Shown here piece by piece: positions 28,101 to 38,400 of a stretch of DNA of 64,000 nucleotides. Source of the stretch: Octopus vulgaris. Taxonomy: Eukaryota. The notes beneath the pieces are model-generated. The model was not told where the DNA came from, made no database searches, and worked only from the letters and a program-made list of their open reading frames with translations. Within the stretch, counting starts at the first letter, position 1; every line of letters starts with the position of its first letter. The stretch spans positions 25,978,001-26,042,000 of the forward strand of contig OX597823.1 in assembly GCA_951406725.2 (NCBI GenBank), in the 5' to 3' direction. Both the position numbers and the translations under genes were made by a program.

Positions 28101-31100
28101 CACAGCTCATTAGCTGAAACTGGAAAAATCAAAAATCAAAATATGCAAGAATTTGATTCAGAAATTTCTTACACAACCACACAGTTCAGTCCAACTACAC
28201 AGTCCTAAGACAAAAGTATTCTCCAAAAGCACAAGGACAACCAAGGCCTTTGAGTGGATTTGATATATGGAAACTGAAAGAAGCTTGTTGTATATATATT
28301 TTGGCCATAATTCTATTCCTGTTCAAAGAATTAGAGGAAATATTACCTTACTTGGAAACAGGCAAGAGTTGGCAACAGGAAGAGCTATATAAATTTGCCT
28401 CAATGAATTTTGTCTGACCCATGCAAGTATGGAAAAGTGGGTGTTACTATGATGATAACATGTTTAGTATTTTGCAATGATAACTATTATCATTGTCACT
28501 TCTATTCGAAAGAGATTATGTAGTTATGTAACTCTATGTTAATATATTTCATTTGTAATTTGTGTAACTGATTTTGCTTCTTGTATATTCCATATTTCTA
28601 TTGCATTTAATTTCTCTCCATGTTGAGCAGTTGACTATCAAATAAGCATTTAAACAGACATTTAATCAATAAAAATAATTTAACAACTACTAAAACCATT
28701 CAAGATAGTTGAAACCTTAGATGTTGTGAAGTTTAGTTCAGCCAGTAAATGTGCTCCACAAGTGAGTTTAGATTATAAGTTCAATTCAAGAGCTACTTAC
28801 CACAGGTAGGATACATTAATTATGTTAATCTACATTAAACTAAAAGTGAGAACTTTAAAGCAAATTAAGCAATCTCAACTTCCTAAAATGAGACATAAGA
28901 CTTGAAGCTAGGAACTATTACTAAAGTTCTGGTTCATTGAGAAAAGGGTTTTCAGTTTAAATATTTTTACCGATCGTTACTATTCAACAAAGACATATAA
29001 GCCTCAATTAAGTAATCCACCAAATTATAACAAGCTGGCTTGCCCTAGTTTATACCCACTGCCAATATGACTTACCCCTGTCCAGACCCACCATCAAATT
29101 GGTCTGCTCCATCTCAGACCTCTATCTTGACAAAATCTTAAATGGTATCTTTATGTAATGTATTAGACAACATTTACTACACAATAACTAGATTACTACA
29201 AGTATCAACGAGTATCCAGTTGTGTGATCAACAAAGTGCTTCCTCAATGAATTAGCATGTAAGTGGCTGAGTATTCCACTTATGTGTACTCTTATTATAA
29301 TCTTCCTGCAGAATCAGCAGGACAGTGTGCATAACAAAGCTTCCCTTTTGAATTATAGGAACAAACCATGTGATGGGCTTCCACATAGTTTCCATCAATC
29401 CCAGTTTCACTCAGAAGGCTTAAGTCAATCTGAGGCTATTGGAAAAGACACTTGCCCAAGTTACCACTTAGCAGGATTGAACCTGGAAACTTGTGATTGA
29501 GAAATAAACTTCTTAACCAATTGACTATTTAAAATAAAATTGCACAAGTTATTTCAAAAAGGAAACATTAGGAAAATTAATGCTTACCACTGTATCTGGA
29601 TCGGAGAAGTCATGTCCCTCTTTTTTTAAGCTTTCATACAGCGATGGCATCAAGCTAGAGAGAATTATCAAAATAATAACATTTCAATAAATTTATGTAA
29701 TTAACAAAAAAAATAAAAAAGACAGGTCTTACAATTGCCTGATATTTATCAAAGATGAAGACACAACTTAATGATTGGAAGCAAAACAAGGAAAAAGAAA
29801 ATTCAAATACAACAATAACTGTTTCAGCATTTATGGCACTTCCCAAAAGTAAAAGTAGGTTTCATTCAGTTCACCACAAGCTTACCTGTCACTCTGCAGC
29901 CGACAATAACTTTATAGAAAATGCATATTGAAGTGCACAGAAGATACAATAAAGACATTGGCATACTGTCAGCAACAAAAAGGGCTTTAGAAATAACAGC
30001 ACACTAGAATATCTGGCAAAACCAGTAGCCATAAATTGAAGACAATAGACTGCACTGATGGCCTGCTGGATACAATAGTTTAGCTATGTTTCTTAGAGAA
30101 TGGATACAATTATTGCTGAATCTGGGCCTAATGAAAGCATATATTTACTGTAGAATAAATGGTATAAAAATACAGTTTTTTAAAAAAGCAGCTTCGGTTG
30201 GCAACAAAATATTTTCTTCTCATACAAAAGATGTATACAAAGTGTAATGGAGTATGGTACTCAATGCAGACGATTGGGAAGACAAAGAAGAAAAGAATGT
30301 CCCGTGTCTGCAGCATCAACCTCCACTCTGGAACCCAATTGATATAAAAAGCACAAGCATTTCCTCCAACATTTCCTTCAAGATCATCAGCAGGAAACAA
30401 CAGCCAGACAGTGAGTTTCCCTACTGAAATAGTAGCCAAATCCGTCTGATTATACCTTATTATCTTAAAATCAGACACAATGGATAATGCAGTGCTGGAC
30501 ATAAAAAAGGTAGAGCAACCAAAGGTTGGAACATTTTGGGTCATAATTACCCAGTTGGGTTAATAACAGCTGCTGACAGTAATAACCACAAAAAAAAGGA
30601 GAAGAAAATTAAGAAAAGAGAAACCTAAATTAAAAATTAAGAATATTAATTTGACTTACTTTAGAGCTGGTTCATCTTTGAATTCTGGCATCTCTGCCCA
30701 TCGTTTTATCAACAACTTCAGCTTCTGTGCTACTTTTGGGTGAGCCTGAAAACAAAAGAAACAAACACTTTATTTCAGATAAGATGAAATATATATACAT
30801 ATATCTCGATATTTCAGATTCTCTTAGGATGTTGATGAAAACTTCGATATTGTTCATAATTTTTACTTGTGTGTCTTTATGTTGAACAGATGGTGTGTGT
30901 GTGTGCGTGCACGTTACACATGTACAAAATAAATATTTAGAGATATTTTTAGCTTATGCTAGAAATGAAACAAAGTAATCTTTTGGTTTAATATCACAAC
31001 CTCCATTTTACTTTAAACATTAAAGGAAGCATGCTAATTTTGCTGAGAGGTTGCTTAAAAATGCAAAATTGCAGAACTAGTGCTCCACTAATTAAGTCTG

Positions 31101-34100
31101 TCCTGCCTGTCTCTTCTGCAACTACAAGTAAAATCTTGATCATACACAAACAGTTTAAAAAATAATGCAGAAACAATATGTCCTGATTGCTACACTACAG
31201 ACAATACAGTCATTATGGTGTGTGATTTAGTAAATCATTTCTGAGATATGGCCTTCTCTTGTTATTTCAATCAGCTCACTTCAAGTCACATGTCTCTTTA
31301 AGTAAAGCTGACAACAGATACTCATTGATGCTAACAACAATAATAAAAGAATTCATATTGCTATTTGATGAACAATAACATCATTGGTTACAAGTTACCA
31401 ACAAAACAAATATTACACAAGGTATTTTTTTTTAGTTGAAATACTTATGTTTTTCTTTTATTTTTTTGATGCCACATCTTTCATTGATGCATATTGGCAA
31501 AATATTTAGGTACATATATATCCTGCAATGGCTTTTCCAATTCATTCCAAGGCTACAGTAGATGGCATTTGCCCAAGGTGCCAAACAGTGATATATTTAG
31601 TCATCTTACAGATTGCAATAATTATATACTGCTAAGGAAATTTTTCTATACAATTTTTGTCACCATATTTGAAGAGGCATCTCTACCTAAACCTATTTTT
31701 ACATGCTTTTTCAAGACTTATAACATTTCTCATTCACAATATCATGACGAGTTAAAAACTGTTTGTATCATGTAAAGCAAACTTCAGTTAAAGAACTGAA
31801 GACAATGTACAATGTTTGGTGTTGGAAATGTGACTAAAGTAATTCTAAAGAGCTTACTTTTGGTAATCTGATATTTTTGCAAGACAAGTGAAATTCTTAA
31901 AATATAGCAAGTCATTTAGTACCTACAGTAGTTAGTAATCTTATTGAGTAATGCTCAACAAAAGACTTACTTTTTGTCCAATAAAATTGCGACATTCAGA
32001 CACGAAATCTCTGGAGCAAATTTCCAAATGAAATGGTCGACCACAGTTATTTACACAAGCATCCAGAAGCTGGAAATGGAAACAAAAATAAAGAGATGAA
32101 AAACTACAGGTATCTTTAAGATGATATAGACTTTAATCCTTAAGGGCTGATTTCTTCAAAAAATGTGTTGTTTCTTTTATTTATTGAGGTTCAGATTTTT
32201 TTTTTTTTAATCTTTTACATAATTTTAATTAATAAACTTTAGCACCATCTGAGCATGATTGTTGCCAGAGGGCACCATTCGCGCATGATCGTTACCAGCA
32301 TCGTCTTACTGGCACCTGTGCCAGTGGCATGTGTAAAAAGATTCAAGCAAGGTCATTAGCCTTGGGTTGACCCCAGCCATATGAGGGAAATTAGGTAGGT
32401 GGAAACTGTACAGAAACTCAAAGGGAGCATTATTGTTCTTTGATGATAGACTTAATCTGTTGCCCACTAGAAAGGGAAGTGGCTTTATGTCAGAAGTTGA
32501 GAGACTAAAATTTGGTACAGAGACAAGAACAGGTGTCTTGCTACAGTGGAGATATATAGCTACCTCATATTATATCAGGGTGGGTGGGATTGACTGGAAA
32601 GAGAAATAAGGATGGTAATGACAAAGTGTCTGGGAATACTTTCAGAATAAGAGAAAGTGAGTATGAGAGAGAATATGGATTATATGGATTAGAAAAGATG
32701 GGTAGGTAAGTTTACAAGAGTATACAGAGAGTGACAGATGATTAGAGATGAGTATAAAGGTGAGGTGAATGGTGAACAAGGTTGGAGGTAGTTGATCCAG
32801 GAGACAACCCAGGACATGTTTCAGTATTATGATGACTTCACCAGCAAAGCATAGTCTCCCAGATAGAGTCTGAATTAGTTGAAGATAGTCTAGTCTGCCA
32901 CTATATTAGTTAAACCAACAACATCATTACTCTAGTACAAATGATAGATTCACTGGATCAAAGTGTCATGTATTAAATGAAGAAACTTTGACTCACAGTT
33001 AAACTTTGCATTGTCACAAAAGGAACTTTATGATTCATCCGTTTCACAATAGCACGAAGACAATCTTTGGGCCTGAAAAATATAAAAATATGATACAAAG
33101 ACATAGAACGATAATTCTGGCATCAATATTTTTAGAGAATGAATCTACAACTGAACAAAGTCTGTATTTTCCAAAAATTTAGAGTGGAAGCAAACAATGG
33201 TATACATAATAAATTGGAATCATTTTCAGGTGATATTATCATTGCTATCATTTTCTGACTGTTTTTCATACTTGTATAGCTTGAGTCATTTCCAACACAT
33301 CTCACTAGCAGCCTTTTGCTATCTCTTTTGTGAAGTTTAGCCAACTGAGATCAGCCTTCATTACTTCTTCCTTGGTCTTCTTTAACAAGTTCCTTCCACT
33401 TGGATCACTAGGAACTCCTTTACTCAGACTACAGCAACCTCTCACAGTAGCATTTCTGTGCCTTTTACTTTTCAGTGTCAGTGAAGGTGAATATATCAGT
33501 GATATTATATACATTTTTCACAACCTGATTCATGCAGTCACACTGCTTTGTTATAAAAAAATACATCTCATCCACACACACACTATAGAACATTGGAAAA
33601 TCTTTTACTTTCAGCTTCTCTCCTTTTTTAGAAGACCTGATGCCAAGCATCTCTTCTAGCTATCTGATACTGTTTTGTGATATTCACTTTCTTCCATTTT
33701 TCTTTTAATTGACTTATCTATTAGATTCTATGGTTCTTTCATACCATTCCACTATCATGTCATCTTTCACTTAGATGGAATTATACTCCATCCACAGATC
33801 TGATTGTAGTAGGTTATAGAAACTCCTAGTCAACTATATTATTGCTTTCTCATCATATGTGTCACCTTATACTTCTTTATTCCTATGTATTATCACAGAA
33901 TTTTTCCTTCGACATCTTTCTGCAAATTGTTTTATGTCTCTGGGTCCATAAATGAGTAGCTCAAGCCATCTATCTATCTATCTATCCCATTTCCTGGTGA
34001 CTATGTAGCCTATCTGACTTGTGCATTTGCCTGAGTGGTAAGTGATCAGGTAACAAGCTGGTTTCTTAAAGTCAGTGTTGCAAATGACTTAGTCAACTGC

Positions 34101-35363
34101 ATCACAGAACTCTGTGGGCCTTGATCCTTCTTCATTCCATACAGCTTAACTATAGCCTCTAAATACATCAGAATAGCTATTATGGTGTTTGCCCAAAATG
34201 TCCATTAAAACTATTAGCCAATAATAACAATGTCACTATCATTCATTATCATTATTAAGGTAGTCAAGAATAGGAGCTCATAGAAATGATCCTTTTACTC
34301 ATTTATCAGTGCACAGGCAGAGATCACTGTTGCTGTTGTGTTACACAAGAGTAATTAAAGCTAATTATTCCGTCACATACTTTGACTAATTCAATTCTTT
34401 TATTGCTCCATTTCTCTGCCAACCTTATATGCTCGCTCTATCCACTACAGTACTGATACCTTTCATGACAAATTTGTAACCAACATCAAGCATGTGTGTA
34501 TGTCTGTTTTGTTCTAGGAGGGAGGCATCAATCCAATGGTTAGAGCAGCATCCCTACCTGTCAATAGTTAAATATTCTATGTTTAAACTCCAGCTTAGCA
34601 CACAAGTAGACACGTATGTATCATGTGCAGACAACTGAAACAGTGGCATGTGTAATTGTGAGTTACATCACTATAAATTCTCAAGTCATGACACAATGAA
34701 GGCAGGTATATACTGTTACTTGACTTGCAAGAAACAACAGCTAAACCAAAGAAAAGGAAGAATGTATTGAACAATAGTAGTTTTGGATGAATAAAAAGGG
34801 AGAAGGATGGTCACATCTGAAACATCTTTGATCATATGCCTATGGGATAAAGGCTGATCTGGGGTTAAACAGAAGCTCTAAATGTAATACCAACAAATAC
34901 CATTAATTGGTACTGCTTTTTGAGATTTGTTCAATGATTATAAAATATTACGTTCACTTCCTTTAATCAGATCGAAGCCAATATTAGCAGGGACGCAGCA
35001 TAGTAAAACGAATCCATCAGGATTTGAATTAAAATGTAAAAGAGAGAAACTTAAAATAACATAAGGTTTTTAACCAAGTTAGTAATACTAGACAATGAAT
35101 AGAAAGCCCGGTGGTTTGTAATGTGTACTGCAGGAGTCCTTGATGAAGATGCTCAACTCTCAATGGCTGAATTTATCTTGCTTTAAGTAGCTACTCCAAA
35201 TAGTATACATCATTTACATTTGACAGATATTTGTCATCATCTTGTTCGTTGTTAACACATTTCGGTTGATATACCCTCCAGCCTTCATCAGGTGTCTTGG
35301 GGAAATTTTGAACCTGGGCTCTCATTCCTAAAGTATTTTTTGTTGTTGTTGTTATTGTTATTA

Positions 35364-35410
<47 letters not shown>

Positions 35411-38400
35411 ATCACTGCCTGGAATCGAACTCGGAATCTTTGGGTTAGTAACAACAAACAAGATGAGGACAAAAATATCTGTCAAATGTAAATAATTCCT
35501 CATCTCTTAAATAGAGAACTCCAAATAGTATAGTTCATAGCTGACAAGAGTGGAAACACTGTTGAATTGATGAAATTTTTGTTGGTTTGTAGCACCAAGT
35601 TCAATTCTCTCTCACCAAAAAGCTACCTACAGTACACCAACATCCAATCTGGATATATTTCCCACTTACTTAACACTATGGAATTCACAGACAGACAATA
35701 GCTTCATAAAGCTGTGAAACTGGTGAGACTTAATAGCTAGTTAAATCTAATCACAAAGCTCCAATATGATCAGATTTAGCTGTTTAGTTCAATATAAAAA
35801 TACACATTTCCTAAGCCTCTGGAGGCCATCTTAAAGGCTGGTGGTTATCTGCAGTTGCATAACAAAAAGATGACTGTAATTCCCACTCCATTATAGAAAG
35901 TAGGTTAGTTCGGAGAAACACTCTCAGATGATCATACAGCCATTCCCACTGAAGTGAAGCTGAGAGAATATAAAATTAAATTAACTGCTGGCAGAGGATT
36001 TAAGCACAAGCCTTTACAGGTTGCAGCACAATACTATAATTTAAAGACCATTAGTGTTCTGTCAAGTAATCCTCTGCTATCATTTGTACAAACTTATTTA
36101 GTCATGCTTAAATCATTAGTTTTAATATTTCTTTGGGGTTGAAGCTGTCTTTAGAGGTCTAGTTATATCAACAGTTTCATGATACTTATTTAAAATACAA
36201 TGTGAGTGGTACACTTAAAATGTCATCAAGTTTAACACCACAAGCTGGTTTTTGAATGCAGTCTGAGGATAACCCAATATATCACTCCACTAATGCAGTA
36301 ACCCATAAGTTGTAGTTACTTATTCCATGCCCTCCTCCTACCAGTTACAGAAACATCACCCCAACCTCATAATGTCATAGATTCTACCTTTTCTTCATGA
36401 TAAAAGTATAAAAGTGATTATCACAGCAAAATGGTAACTTTAATTCTAAACAACCATGCCTTATATAAGCAATTAGATGCAGCATGGAATTTTGTCAGTG
36501 AACAGGTTATGGGTTCAAAGCAACGAAAATATTTTGACAAATTCAATTTAAATGTTGAAGTGAATCTAATGGTTTTTGTGTGTTTTTAAATGGCTTATAA
36601 ACATCTTCCATGATGCAACTGTTTTTGTTTCAGCACATGATCTCAGATCAAGTCACTTGCTATGCAAGTACATCTCCGTAACATGTCTTTTTTGTATAAT
36701 TTTTATTTTGAAAATTCACTCAGTACAAGTGATGGAAAGATAATCATCATCAGAAATCTACGAGCTGCTAAAAGTGTCAGCCAAATATATCTCAAATTAT
36801 ATCCTACAATCTTAAAAAGGGAGAGAACATATTAGATAATGGAATCCTTAAATAGATTAGATAATGTAAACTTAAATAGACGAGATATTCAAATCCAGAA
36901 TGCATTTGATCATAGGTGTACTCAATCAGGCAATGATTGTGAGTCTTTTTAGACAGGCACAAGGAAATTTTACTTTAATTATTGGAGTATCACTTACATG
37001 TAAACATGTATTTTAGTTTTAGGTAAATATTTATAGATTGTTTTTTTTTAGAACTTGATATTGCAGGAGATTGTTTTTATTTCTCAAATTTCATCATTGC
37101 TTGTTCCTCCTTGACACCCTCTAACTCTCTCTATCACTCCCCACTTTCATCTATTTAATATACCATGCTACCTGTGTTGAGGTCATTGAACTTGTCTGAC
37201 CCTCTCGCGTTTCTGATGCTAACCTTCTCTCTTACTCACTAAATTAGGCCACCCGTGTAATAAGGGTCTTCCCCCACCACCAGACTGTACCCAATATCCT
37301 CAAACATCACCCTTCCCTTTTCCCAGGTCACTCATTTTATCCCCACTCTCTCCTCCTCGCCCTTACCCACACTTTAGTCACCCTATTTCTATCACCATAA
37401 TCTTGTTCCATTCAGACTCATTTTCTTCTGTTATCTTGCTTAATCACACTGCCTTCAGTGAACTGACACAGCAAGAACTCTGAGGTCTTGAGGAGCAGAA
37501 GGACCCTTACAAATGTTGGAGCACAGTACACCTTGTAAAGTGGTTGGTGTTAGGAAGGGCATCAAACTGTAAAAACTAAGCCCAAAACAAATGTACAATT
37601 GAGATGCAGTCCTCTGACATGTCTAGGAAGGTAGTAATTCTGAAGAAGAACTCCCTTAGGTCACGATGACCAATCCAATCCATGGCATCATAGAAAATGG
37701 ATGTATAATGATGATTGTATGTCAGCATGCTAGCTGAAAACCTGAAGCGTGTTACTGGAGACACAAGTCACAGATTTGTCATTACCGATGTAGAGTAAAA
37801 CAACAACAACAGCAATGACATCAAACTTTGACAAGTCATTTGGTGCTATTGCTTTATTAACAACTGAACAATATACATGTCAATCTACAACACAATCTAA
37901 ACATCTCAAAATGACCTTTCATAATCACCCACCTCTTACATCTTTTACAAAGCCAAAAGGCTGTATTGTTTTTTTATGACCTGAAAATACTTCAGTCCTT
38001 AATAGTTGCTCAACATTGCACATGTGTACATCGGTCAGTGAACCAACTTAAAATATACACAGACAGACACACACACACGCATAATTATACAGAATTATCT
38101 TAAGACAGTAAAAATAATAATATATAGCCCACATGCAGACACACAGCACAAACACATTCCATATTGACACAACATAGATTGGTGCAATGCACACATACAC
38201 ACACTTGTACAATACACACAAAAGCATGGACTGGTACCATACACATACAAACACATGTTCCATAGACACACAAACAATACAGACACCATCCCTCTCTCCT
38301 TACATACATAAATCAATCAGTCAACTTCCACACAAACACAAAAATTAAACAAACATGCTGTGAGCATTATGGGGCAGAAGAGATGCATACTTATAGGCAA

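Noticed and set aside
30128-30544. 138-aa minus-strand ORF in STAM intron 5
   Set aside because: No recognisable domain and no convincing in-phase splice sites; likely a chance ORF, though it lies in the repeat-poor intron.
31858-31922. Cryptic exon-like segment with a gtaagc donor just downstream of exon 4
   Set aside because: It would need a 48-nt intron and shifts the frame (65 nt).
35292-35495. Poly-Leu / poly-Asn ORFs
   Set aside because: These are the (TTA)n microsatellite inside the hammerhead-bearing element.
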